From positions 1 to 64,000 of the IMG/VR virus record IMGVR_UViG_3300049215_000223: a stretch of 64,000 bases of DNA, one strand, 5' to 3'. The translations under genes and the position numbers were made by a program. The notes under the pieces were generated by a model, which had not been told where the DNA came from, made no database searches, and saw only the letters and a list, made by a program, of their open reading frames with translations. The stretch's first letter is position 1. Every line of letters starts with the position of its first letter. Positions 28,768 through 37,935 of the stretch are shown here, one piece after another. The DNA is from a virus.

Positions 28768-29403
28768 TCAGCCGTGAGAGAAGCTTGCTCGCGTGGTAAC
28801 TGCGGCTTTCATTCCGAAGGTAAGCTTGCCAGTTGATCCGCCTGTCTTACGGCATGCTGGACCCTTGGGCTGAGCTAGAATCCTAGCAATGGCATCTTGG
28901 CGAAGGATGACGGTAGAGATCGGTTGACCGTCCTTGCCAAACATCTTGGTTGACACGACCGTGCCAAACCAATCGGGCGCACCATCGAAGAGACGACGAT
29001 CACACCATCGATCCGCATCCGAACACGAATCGAACCCTTGACGCAAGGTGATATCGTCACCCGCCGCGTTGAAGATACAAGCGATCCACGCCTTTTCCTC
29101 TCGCGGTTCTTTGATCGGTTTGGTCGCAGGTTCACCCTTGGCGCTCGTGTCGGCATTGGCGATGTTTTCCGCCAACATGTGACCCAGCACGACCGCAGAG
29201 ATTGCTTGCAGTGCAGGCGTAGGATACAATTCCTTCGCATCCAATTGCGTGAGAATGGGAGTCACGAATTGCGCCAACGTTCCCGTCAGAAGCCATTCGC
29301 GATGTTGGGCGATGAAACCTTCTGCACTACGTGCGCCCTGCTTGGCAGCCTTATTCAGGAAGCCCTTGGCAGTCATCTTGCGCTCTTTCTTTTCGGTGCT
29401 CAT
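28768..29403 (-). CDS. Hypothetical protein
   Basis: GAAAGG RBS after motif copy 29418. Confidence 0.7.
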   Translation of the reverse strand: MSTEKKERKMTAKGFLNKAAKQGARSAEGFIAQHREWLLTGTLAQFVTPILTQLDAKELYPTPALQAISAVVLGHMLAENIANADTSAKGEPATKPIKEPREEKAWIACIFNAAGDDITLRQGFDSCSDADRWCDRRLFDGAPDWFGTVVSTKMFGKDGQPISTVILRQDAIARILAQPKGPACRKTGGSTGKLTFGMKAAVTTRASFSHG

Positions 29404-29589
29404 GACTTACCTTTCATACCGTTGGGCGATGGGTTGACGTTGCGAATTAGCTAAGAGCATCCCCTTGGGGCATTACGCTTTTATGCTTAGCTATAGAGAG
29501 TAAAGAGCGGAGCACTATAGCATGGTTCAGTAACTAATTACAGCACGCAGCGCGCCTGTATAACACACTATAGTCGGTCTGCTCTTAGT

Positions 29590-29668
29590 TGTGGATTAGG
29601 GAATCGAACCCAATGCGACACCAACCTTGGAAGGCGCAACGTCCCGTTGCCTTTTCAGTGTCATTCAC
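29590..29668 (-). tRNA. Highly degenerate tRNA-Gly(TCC)-like sequence
   Basis: T-loop GGG-TTCGATT-CCC, CTTCCAA loop, GCAAC/GTTGC hairpin; acceptor stem has mismatches. Confidence 0.3.
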
Positions 29669-30350
29669 AATTCATTGATTCACGCCGTTTGGCGATGGGC
29701 TTCACTTCCCAGTCAATCGATGGTAGCCGTAGAAGACGACACCACCGATCAAGAAGTACCACGGCACGCCGTGATCGGAAACATGAAACGCCGTTTGACC
29801 CGTTCCCGGAATCATCGAGATCACGATCGCCATGGTGAAAACCGTGGCGAGAAGAATGACGAACAATCGACCCATTGTCTTGCTCCCTTGCCCTTCGCTT
29901 CATGCCGTTTGGCGATGGGAAAAGCTACGGCAAAGTAAAAACGACCACGCCCTACTTTGCCGTAGCATGTTTTGGTTTTACGCAGCTTGTCTCAGGTACT
30001 TCGCGCCGTTTGGCGATGGGTATGTTTCATTGTTCACATACCTTTGGTTATTAGCCGTTTGGCGATGGGCTAGCTTCCCTTGGCACCATTCTTGCAACGC
30101 GTGCGCGCGTCGCGCGTTATGAGGCGGCGACTTTGGCACGCACCCTGCACATTGCAACGACCATGCCATATCCCGTTTGACATTATGTGAAGGCGTAGCC
30201 CGCTGCGCTGACCATACATTGCCCTATATGACACTACATGTATGGTGGGCAAGTGCGTTCGCTATAAAATTTCAGCCACACTGGAATCCCGCTTGGCATG
30301 TAAACTGCATATAGCAACAAGCATGCCAGCCCGAAAGCGGAAAAAGAAAA

Positions 30351-30387
30351 AGCCCTACCACCTTTCCGCCAAGAAGGTGATAGGGCT
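30351..30387 (-). terminator. Intrinsic terminator-like hairpin
   Basis: GCCCTA-CCACCTT...AAGGTG-ATAGGGC with TTTTTCTTTTT on minus. Confidence 0.55.
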
Positions 30388-30447
30388 AAGAAGTTTAGTA
30401 GCCCGAGCAGGGCATGATGAACAGCTCGACGAGACACTCGATCTTGA

Positions 30448-30717
30448 TCATGACTCCTCCTTCAGAAGAGATCGGTTCGTTCGCTGGGCAGAGCCACACG
30501 CGTGCATTGCGGGTAACTCTGAATCAGACACATCCCCTTGAGGTCGCACCAATCCTCCAAGGACAGATGCGACACCACCGTGCCATACAGCACGTCGCGT
30601 GGATTGTGACGCTTGCAGACCATCACGTGATACTGCATCGCGATAGCTTCCGCTTCGACGACACGGATCTCGAATGTCTTGGACGTGAGAAGACTTTGAA
30701 CGACAGTCATCATACAC
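30448..30717 (-). CDS. Hypothetical protein (true frame and start uncertain)
   Basis: Overlapping GC-rich ORFs; an alternative frame ends at 30462. Confidence 0.3.
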   Translation of the reverse strand: MYDDCRSKSSHVQDIRDPCRRSGSYRDAVSRDGLQASQSTRRAVWHGGVASVLGGLVRPQGDVSDSELPAMHACGSAQRTNRSLLKEES

Positions 30718-30943
30718 CTTCCTTCAAGAGACGGGAGAAGTACACTTCCCATTCGCGGGAAGCGATACCAGCAAAGTCGAGAGGAGAACCCTCCTCGTGG
30801 TCTGACTCTTCGGGCAACATGCCCACGAAGGGACAAGTGCTTTCGCAGTCGTCGTCACACGGACCCTCGCGTCGCTCCGATTCACGAAAGCGATCGATTG
30901 CCGTGTAGTCGTCACCTGCAACGATGTCGAGATAGAAACTCAT
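30710..30943 (-). CDS. Acidic hypothetical protein
   Basis: GGAGG RBS after motif copy 30973. Confidence 0.6.
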   Translation of the reverse strand: MSFYLDIVAGDDYTAIDRFRESERREGPCDDDCESTCPFVGMLPEESDHEEGSPLDFAGIASREWEVYFSRLLKEGV

Positions 30944-31611
30944 GTCATCCTCCGATATGATGGCGGTTCATGCCGTTGGGCGATGGGACTCAGGGGAAGC
31001 ACTTGTTATACTTGTCGCGCCAATCCTGAATTGCTGCGTCAGCGCTCGTACCTTTTCCGATGATAGAGTATCCCGGATGATGAGCCGTCCAATCGAATCG
31101 ACTCCACTTCGTGCAGACGATCTGATAGTCCGGTATGTGTGCAGACTTGGGACGTTCCGGTTTCGCAATCAAAGGGATCTTGCGATCTCCCTCGCGAAAC
31201 TCTAGGGAATCGCTATGGGAATTGGGAAACACACAATCCCCTTGTTTGACGTGTTTGATGATACGGGTTAGAGGTATGGCTTTACCATCCGTATCTAGAC
31301 GTGCTTTGGTTGCTTTAGCCATCGAGCCATTCTCGCTTTCGACGAGCATCGTTGGCACGGCGATCCTGCTTGGATCGCATCTTGCCTGCTTTGCGGTGCA
31401 TGGCTGCAACTGCAACCCCCGAACGCTTGGGACGATGATCCTCTTCTTTGATGTGAATCAAAGTCTTGCTCATGTCTACACCTTCAAGCCGTTTGGCGAT
31501 GGGTTTAGGTACGAATCTCGACGATACACAGATAGGCGAGAATACCCACTACCGCCCAACCTGCAAGTGTCATGCCAATGATGACCATGACACTTGTGAG
31601 AGGGGTGGCTT

Positions 31612-31938
31612 TCAATCCCGCCCCATTGCTTCATTGTAGCCATCGCAACCAAACGCCATGCCAGCTTGCATAGCATTCTCGCGCTTCCAATCGGAATCGT
31701 CGTCGCGAGTTTTGCGGTAGTTCGGATTCTTGCGGTACCTGGAAGAGATCCCGTGCTTTGATAGCTCGGAATCCTCCAATCCGTCAAGCTCGATGTACTT
31801 CACGCTTGAATCCCCAGGATCCGCGTGGAATGCTTCGATCGCTTCTTCGAGTGAATCGAAGTCTTCGCCCGTGAAGCAATCGTCGTTTTCCTCGTCAGGG
31901 TGCGAACCCCAATGCGAGACACTGAACGGCTTACTCAT
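31612..31938 (-). CDS. Hypothetical protein
   Basis: GAGGTG RBS after motif copy 31967; SHWGSHPDEENDDC...GMAFGCDGYNE. Confidence 0.7.
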   Translation of the reverse strand: MSKPFSVSHWGSHPDEENDDCFTGEDFDSLEEAIEAFHADPGDSSVKYIELDGLEDSELSKHGISSRYRKNPNYRKTRDDDSDWKRENAMQAGMAFGCDGYNEAMGRD

Positions 31939-32219
31939 CCGTCACCTCACATCAACCTGTTTCACACCGTTTGGCGATGGGCGTCGCAGTAACGACATTG
32001 TGAGCGAATGCACATGGCATACTTATTGCTCACGTAGTCCGCGCATGAGTACATGCACCTTGGATACCGCAACAATTGCACGACAACCGTTTTACCGTAT
32101 CGCCGCGACTGACAACCTACCTTTCATACCGTTTGGCGATGGGACATTCATCCAGCTGCAATTGACTTGGCTCGAACATTGCACATTGCAAAACCAATGC
32201 CAACCAAAAAGCAGAACGC

Positions 32220-32251
32220 AAAAAAGCCCGACACCCTTTCGGGCATCGGGC
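32220..32251 (-). terminator. Intrinsic terminator
   Basis: GCCCGATGCCC-GAAA-GGGTGTCGGGC-TTTTTT right after the 32273 stop. Confidence 0.75.
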
Positions 32252-32272
32252 TCTTTCTGCTGCGGCTGGAAA

Positions 32273-33055
32273 TCAGCTTTCCAGTGCGGCGCGAATCTCG
32301 GCGAGGCGATCTTCTTCGAGCTTGATCGTCTGCGCGTAGGTCAGCGCTTGCGTCGCACTGAGCACCGCGAAGCACTCCGCTGCTGGCATGGCGAGCGCTT
32401 GATCGAGCAAGCGCATCTCGTTTTCGCTGAGCGCTTCCCTCGCCGCTTCGCGAGTCTCGCAGATCGTATCAGCCGCGAGACGTTCGCGAGCGATCAGATC
32501 GCGCATCCGTCGCGCCTCGTAATCGGGCATTCCTGCGACGTAACCCTTACCCGTGGCGCGACGTTCGACCGTTTGGACGGGGCGAGGGTCGAGCGCACGG
32601 ATCGCTGTCATGTTGGCGCGCAATTCTTGCGCCCCGAACGTGAGGACGTTGTGCTCGTGAACGTTGCCCGAATCATCTACGACGCGCGGACCTTGCGCAT
32701 CGTAGCCAGTGAACGCGGCGATGGCACGGATCTTGTCGTTCAGGATCTCCTTGTCCAGCGTGAACGGAATTCCGTTCTCGGTGTAACGAGTGCCAGCGGC
32801 GCGCATGGCGAGCACGAAACCCTTGGCATCGATCGTGCCTTTCGGCTCGACGGGAAAGGCGAGACGCGGGGCGGCGAGCTCGATGGGTGCGCTCTCTTCT
32901 TTCTTGGCACGGAGCTTGCGCATCGTGGGTTTCACGACGGGCGACGCAGGGCGGTCGATCGCCTCGACGATGGCATGGCTCTTGCTATCGTCCGTGACGG
33001 GCGAGGCGTAGGACGCGGCGAGGGAAGCGAGAAACGTTGCGGTCAGATCAGTCAT
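32273..33055 (-). CDS. First gene of the leftward GC-rich region, Ala-rich hypothetical protein
   Basis: AGGAGG RBS; preceded by motif copy 33085 and sigma54 palindromes. Confidence 0.75.
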   Translation of the reverse strand: MTDLTATFLASLAASYASPVTDDSKSHAIVEAIDRPASPVVKPTMRKLRAKKEESAPIELAAPRLAFPVEPKGTIDAKGFVLAMRAAGTRYTENGIPFTLDKEILNDKIRAIAAFTGYDAQGPRVVDDSGNVHEHNVLTFGAQELRANMTAIRALDPRPVQTVERRATGKGYVAGMPDYEARRMRDLIARERLAADTICETREAAREALSENEMRLLDQALAMPAAECFAVLSATQALTYAQTIKLEEDRLAEIRAALES

Positions 33056-33612
33056 GGCGGGAACCTCCTAACCCTAGGTGCTAGCCGTTTGGCGATGGGG
33101 CGACCGCCCTGTTTTGCCTTGGCTCGGGCTTTGCATAGTGCAAAAGGTATGCCAAAGTAGGGAAAACTCCCACCATGTAGGCAAAACTCTTATCCTTCGT
33201 GGTACCGACCTTGCTTATTGCAAAAACAATACCAATGATCAATAAGAAAAGAAAAAACTATTATGTTATCATTGTAAAAGAATAATTACTATCTAATTGT
33301 AATTGATCGATGGTATGATCATTGCTTAGAGCAATAACAGTGCCACCCCCAATTCCACAGCCAGAGTAAACCTGGGGGATGACCGGCATTGGCACGCTTC
33401 TTGCCTCCCAAACGGGGGTCTAACTGCCAATTGAACCACCAAACTAGATACAAACAGATACAAACTAACCCCAAACAAACATAATTACCATATCTGTATC
33501 GCCATTACCATATAAAACCATACAAATATCGTCACATATGGTCATTTTACAATTCCATATTCCTTAAAGCATCTTATCACATTATAAACAATATAATATC
33601 AACCATACATGA

Positions 33613-33667
33613 ACATATATGACCATATGTTGCCATACATATATGACCATATGTTGCCATACATATA
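33613..33667. repeat. 24-bp tandem repeat (2.3 copies) in AT-rich intergenic hub
   Basis: ACATATATGACCATATGTTGCCAT twice plus ACATATA. Confidence 0.9.
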
Positions 33668-33966
33668 GTATCACATATAGTCATTCAATAGATTAGGGTA
33701 GCCAGTCAACACCAGGCGAGGATAACCTACCTGACACCCAATTGCTGGCACGAGAATCAATTTAAAACTATCTTCCCACCCCAAACAACCCCATGACGCC
33801 AGAAGAGAGACCAAGAGTCTTATAAATAGATTTAAGGGCAAAGCTCATCCATAAATATTAATGAGTAAAATGCAAATAGATCAAAAGGTTCTGGGGTTAA
33901 TAAGGCATTTTTCTTTTAACCTTCTCACACGCAAGCCACCTGCAGGGTTAGAAGATCGGAATTTAC

Positions 33967-34743
33967 ATGAAGAACGCTTCAAGATTGCTCGCTCTTTTCA
34001 CATTGGCATTAGTAATAACCTCATGCGGAGGGATGATAACCAACAGGCAACCCAGTTCATTAGTAAGGCACATGGGAAGTAGTACGGTAGCATTAGTATT
34101 CCAGGTAGAGGGAGAATACAGACCATTTTGCACAGGTGTATGGGTAGAAGACAAGAAGATACTAACAGCCAATCACTGTATTAATGCGGTAGCCAAGGCG
34201 ATAGCTCAGAAGGAATCAGGCGATGAGGAAGCGCTTGTACCAGACGATACGGTAGGCACACCAATTCATTATATTTTAGAGAACGAAGTCCAAGCGGTAG
34301 GACAAGAGCCATATGCCATTCACTTAGGCAAAGCGGTCAAGGTAGATGAGGATCATGACTTAGCATTAGTGGAAGCATTAGGACCGGTACCATCGCATGA
34401 CGTAGCGAAGTTAGTAAGTACCTCACCAGCGATTGGAGAGAAGCTACATTTTGTGGGACATGTTAGAGGTTTGTATTGGACATATGTTGATGGAATAGTT
34501 GCAGCATATCGTGAGGATTTGGTACATAAGGGACCAATCATGCAAGTATCAGCACCAGTTTACTTTGGTAATTCTGGAGGCGGAGCCTTTACAGAAAGTG
34601 GCGAGTTATGTGGCATTGCATCTTATTTGATGCCAGCACCAATTACAGCGGGATACATTCACGCAGAGAGCATTCGCAAGTTTTTAATGCCATCGGACGA
34701 TGTTAAGGCACCATTCCGTGGCAAGATCATCAACAAGGAGTGA
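33967..34743 (+). CDS. Trypsin-like serine protease lipoprotein
   Basis: TANHC (His), DLALV (Asp), GNSGG (Ser); lipobox ITSC. Confidence 0.88.
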   Translation: MKNASRLLALFTLALVITSCGGMITNRQPSSLVRHMGSSTVALVFQVEGEYRPFCTGVWVEDKKILTANHCINAVAKAIAQKESGDEEALVPDDTVGTPIHYILENEVQAVGQEPYAIHLGKAVKVDEDHDLALVEALGPVPSHDVAKLVSTSPAIGEKLHFVGHVRGLYWTYVDGIVAAYREDLVHKGPIMQVSAPVYFGNSGGGAFTESGELCGIASYLMPAPITAGYIHAESIRKFLMPSDDVKAPFRGKIINKE

Positions 34744-34747
34744 AAGT

Positions 34748-35383
34748 ATGTTTAAACGCTTTTGCTTATTCGTTATGGTTATCATTCTTAGTTTAGTTGG
34801 AGTAGATTGTGGACCGCCACCGGTTCGCCCATTTGCTTATACGCATCACGGACATGCAGCTTATGCACCCATTAAGATCATTCCAATATGGATTGACAAG
34901 GAATTTAGTGAGGGAGATAAGCTAGCGATAGACGATGCGATTAACCAATGGAATTTTGCATTGAACAACTACATAGTGTTGAGGGTAGTGAACGACAACT
35001 TTGATATGGAGCCGAGTGTAATTAATCGGGTTATGTTAAAGGGCGAGGGATGGTTGATACTCAAGATTAACAGTGGCAGTGAGTTTGTGCATGATGAAGG
35101 GTGTATGTTGACACTTGCCTTTGTGAACGAGATAGGTGGAAACAGGGCATACTTTATTAGGGACAGGCTTGGGAGTGATCAGATGATAGGGGTAGCGATG
35201 CATGAGATTGGGCATTTGCTAGGTGCAAAGCATGATCATGCTCATTTGATGAGACCTGTATTTAATTGGGCGACTTATCGATGTGTAGATGAGGAAGCTA
35301 TCAAGAAGGTAGCGGCATATCAGCATTTAGAGTTCAAGTACATGAATTACTGTGAATATGGACCAGAGCTTCAGGACAAGTGA
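34748..35383 (+). CDS. Matrixin-like zinc metalloprotease
   Basis: HEIGHLLGAKH, LM Met-turn; N-terminal signal ending in Cys. Confidence 0.82.
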   Translation: MFKRFCLFVMVIILSLVGVDCGPPPVRPFAYTHHGHAAYAPIKIIPIWIDKEFSEGDKLAIDDAINQWNFALNNYIVLRVVNDNFDMEPSVINRVMLKGEGWLILKINSGSEFVHDEGCMLTLAFVNEIGGNRAYFIRDRLGSDQMIGVAMHEIGHLLGAKHDHAHLMRPVFNWATYRCVDEEAIKKVAAYQHLEFKYMNYCEYGPELQDK

Positions 35384-35384
35384 T

Positions 35385-35634
35385 TTAGGAGAACAAAGAA
35401 TAGGAGAGGAACTTATCTTTGACGTTCATTGGATTGATATTATTAGGACTCATCGGCTTCGATGAGAGTTTTATTTTCCACTGTATCTAGGGCGATGGCA
35501 TAGCTATTTTCAAGGAAGATATCTCGCCATCTAGAATAGATTTGAACTCTAGTAACGCCTGGATGTTTGGCATTGGAGCAGGTAGAACAATAGCCAATGT
35601 TTACTAGGGTATTTTGGCAGAATGGGCAGATCAT
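35385..35634 (-). pseudogene. CxxC/xFS array member 1, frameshifted
   Basis: MICPFC...; tail NINPMNVKDKFLSYSLFS lies in another frame. Confidence 0.7.
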
Positions 35635-35984
35635 GAGAAGGTTAGGATGGTTGCTAGTTTTTGCTCGGCATTTTGGGGAGTGACATTTTGGATGAGATAA
35701 GGGATGTCAAGGATTTTTTTAGCGAAGAACCAGGTTAGTTTTGAGTTATTAGTTTCTGGATTTTTGGTACGAAAGATGATGGTACGATTGCCAGTGAGCC
35801 GCAGATTGAGTTCATACTCGAAGTCTTCCTTTTGGATTTTGAATACAATCTCTTGGAGGTCTTTGTCATGGTAGAATCTAGCTTTGCAAGGTTCGCAATT
35901 CCACCAAGGGGACATGACAGTAGAACAGGCTCCATGGCAGAAGGGACAATAGAATTGGGGCGTTTTGAAGATATTGGGGTCCAT
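35631..35984 (-). CDS. Array member 2
   Basis: CPFC...NVTPQNAEQKLATILTFS. Confidence 0.85.
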   Translation of the reverse strand: MDPNIFKTPQFYCPFCHGACSTVMSPWWNCEPCKARFYHDKDLQEIVFKIQKEDFEYELNLRLTGNRTIIFRTKNPETNNSKLTWFFAKKILDIPYLIQNVTPQNAEQKLATILTFS

Positions 35985-36030
35985 GAGGGAGGGTCCGGGC
36001 GAGATCGGAAATTTATGTCGCGTAAATTTA

Positions 36031-36369
36031 TTAAATAAAGGTTCTTAGTTTATAGAATCTATCTGCCCAATCCTTGGCGTTATTTGGATTGATATTTGGA
36101 AGATAGTCTAAGGAGATGAGATGGTCATCTTTGGATCTAGATTTGTTGAGGATGTAAGAAGCGAAGGTATGTTCTTGGATAGCGAGGCAGAGAAGGATAT
36201 TATATTCTGGAGTTTGGACTTCGAATTGAATTAGCCAAGGTTCGATGCCTTCATTTTCGGATGGATCCTTTTTGAACATATACATTATTCTTGAGACAGG
36301 GCAGGCATCACAGACCCAAATGAGTCTGGTAAGTCTATCTGCTTCACACTGACAATATCTGCATTTCAT
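36031..36369 (-). CDS. Array member 3
   Basis: MKCRYC...PNINPNN...YKLRTFI. Confidence 0.8.
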   Translation of the reverse strand: MKCRYCQCEADRLTRLIWVCDACPVSRIMYMFKKDPSENEGIEPWLIQFEVQTPEYNILLCLAIQEHTFASYILNKSRSKDDHLISLDYLPNINPNNAKDWADRFYKLRTFI

Positions 36370-36692
36370 GAGAATACTGCCAGCTTGAGGAGTTTCAATG
36401 CCAATGCTTCAACTTGTTTAAGATTAATTTCGGCTGGCATTTTGTTAACATTCATTATATGACTTCCAGAATTGGAGTATCTTCCGTCATGAAGAGGTCT
36501 GAAATTATCTTTCAATCCACTTAAACTAGTTGTATTCTTTGCTAGATCGATATCAATTTCATATTATTTATCTTTAAGAATCATATAAAAAGTAATACGA
36601 TTAGGTCTAAACCAAACGCGACATGGGGTGCAGTATTGCGTATCGTGGGTACCAGAGGTAATTTTAGAACAGAATTTGCAAAAAGATATCAT
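36366..36692 (-). pseudogene. Array member 4, in-frame TAA at 36564-36566 (not in track)
   Basis: MISFCKFC...KDK*YEID...KLLKLAVFS. Confidence 0.75.
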
Positions 36693-36958
36693 GAGAATAA
36701 CACGTAGGTTTTAACTTTTTCAATCATATTTTCGGGCGTGAAGTTTGGCAAGGAATCCATCTGGAACAGCAGCTCTCCATTTGTATATATTTCGCACTTT
36801 TGATCTTCAAAGTTAAGATAAACTTCATATTTGCCTGTAGCTAAAACAACGCCATTGAGTTTGTCTTTTTTACCAAACTGATGGACGACCACGACAGAAT
36901 GGTAATCGCAACAATTACTTACTGGAATGGGAGACTGGCAGTAGTAACATTTTTTCAT
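36689..36958 (-). CDS. Array member 5
   Basis: MKKCYYC...PNFTPENMIEKVKTYVLFS. Confidence 0.85.
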   Translation of the reverse strand: MKKCYYCQSPIPVSNCCDYHSVVVVHQFGKKDKLNGVVLATGKYEVYLNFEDQKCEIYTNGELLFQMDSLPNFTPENMIEKVKTYVLFS

Positions 36959-37269
36959 GAAAAGGTAACAATAGTTTTAAGTTTGGCGTACAATTTTTCT
37001 GGGGAGTCTAGTTTGAGTTCTTCATTAAGAACTATTGGCATATCTCCAAAATTTTTGGTTTCTTTATTATAATAAAATATATAAGACTTACCATTGTACA
37101 AGTGTAATCTAAAGGGAGGGATGCTACATACTTGTAATTGATTGGTAGTATGTAGAGAATAATGAGATTGCTTGATGAAGGTGTCAGCATCAAAACTAAT
37201 ATGAGTAGGACAGATAAAATCCTCAAGGGCGGCAGGAGTTAGTTCACGTTGGCATAATGGACATTTCAT
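36955..37269 (-). CDS. Array member 6
   Basis: MKCPLC...KLKTIVTFS. Confidence 0.85.
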   Translation of the reverse strand: MKCPLCQRELTPAALEDFICPTHISFDADTFIKQSHYSLHTTNQLQVCSIPPFRLHLYNGKSYIFYYNKETKNFGDMPIVLNEELKLDSPEKLYAKLKTIVTFS

Positions 37270-37637
37270 AGGAAGATTAGATAGGTTTTGAGTTTGTGCT
37301 TAGCATTCTCGGGAGTGATTGGAAGGATTTCGTTAGCAATCATTAGAACGTCTACCAGTTTAGCACGGACACGTTGACGTTCAGGAGTATATGGAACTTT
37401 ATAAATCAATAGAGTTTGAGTCGTTTCGAAATCAAATTGAAAATGATAAGTTCCATCCTTAGTAGGATCATTTGTATGAAGGGTGAATTCCACATAAACC
37501 AATTTACCATTATTGTATCTTATAAGCGTGGTACAATGTTTAGTACAAGTTTCACAATACCAAGACTCTGGCTGACGATCCTTAAACATAGGTAAAGGAA
37601 CTGTATGATCAGGGGTTTGGCAGAATGGACAATTCAT
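37266..37637 (-). CDS. Array member 7
   Basis: MNCPFC...ITPENAKHKLKTYLIFL. Confidence 0.85.
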   Translation of the reverse strand: MNCPFCQTPDHTVPLPMFKDRQPESWYCETCTKHCTTLIRYNNGKLVYVEFTLHTNDPTKDGTYHFQFDFETTQTLLIYKVPYTPERQRVRAKLVDVLMIANEILPITPENAKHKLKTYLIFL

Positions 37638-37935
37638 GAAAAAGTTAGTAGAGTTGGAAGTTTCTTTTCAAAGTTTTGGGGTGATACTCTAGCTCTAAAA
37701 TGATATTATTAATTTTGACATCAGTACTATTGGTAGTTAGTCTAAAGAAAGGCTGATCAAAATAGAAGAAAGAAGCAGTATAGTTCTTATAGTAAAATGA
37801 ATAAGAAGCTATATCATTCATCACTATAGAGAACCAATAGTTAACATTATACTTGGAACAGTGATATCGTATGTATGCTCCATCATTGGTACTGAACATT
37901 TCAGTAATCATTCTTACACAGAAATAGCACTTCAT
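37634..37935 (-). pseudogene. Array member 8, frameshifted near the C-terminus
   Basis: MKCYFC...EYHP then alternate frame PQNFEKKLPTLLTFS. Confidence 0.75.

Larger units (their letters stand above)
9782..33099 (-). promoter_or_regulatory. Dispersed 15-bp motif CCCATCGCCMAACGG (often followed by YWWGAA), 21 co-oriented copies
   Basis: Plus-strand starts: 9782, 12395, 17268, 24834, 25821, 26546, 26800, 27668, 28241, 28646, 28747, 29418, 29685, 29905, 30006, 30055, 30973, 31489, 31967, 32129, 33085; all intergenic. Confidence 0.9.
26828..33345. promoter_or_regulatory. Seven 35-bp palindromes of two face-to-face sigma54 -24/-12 boxes
   Basis: TGGYW-N6-YTGCW-YAK-WGCAA-N6-WRCCA at 26828, 30134, 30294, 32168, 33120, 33200, 33311; single plus-strand boxes at 30081 and 33390. 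Confidence 0.8.

Noticed and set aside
29905-30069. CRISPR array (repeat copies 49-101 bp apart, one 34-nt spacer)
   Set aside because: The repeat is only 15 bp, spacing is irregular (49 bp to several kb), most intervals hold whole genes, and no cas gene is in the window.
24834-33099. Integron with attC sites
   Set aside because: The motif lacks the GTTRRRY/RYYYAAC core pair and long imperfect palindrome of attC, and no tyrosine recombinase is in the window.
31730-33160. 476-aa plus-strand ORF and other long plus-strand ORFs in 15-33 kb (e.g. 24202..24855, 25795..26478, 19991..20653)
   Set aside because: They are antisense shadows of GC-rich minus-strand genes that have RBS, motif and terminator support; they show no recognisable domains.
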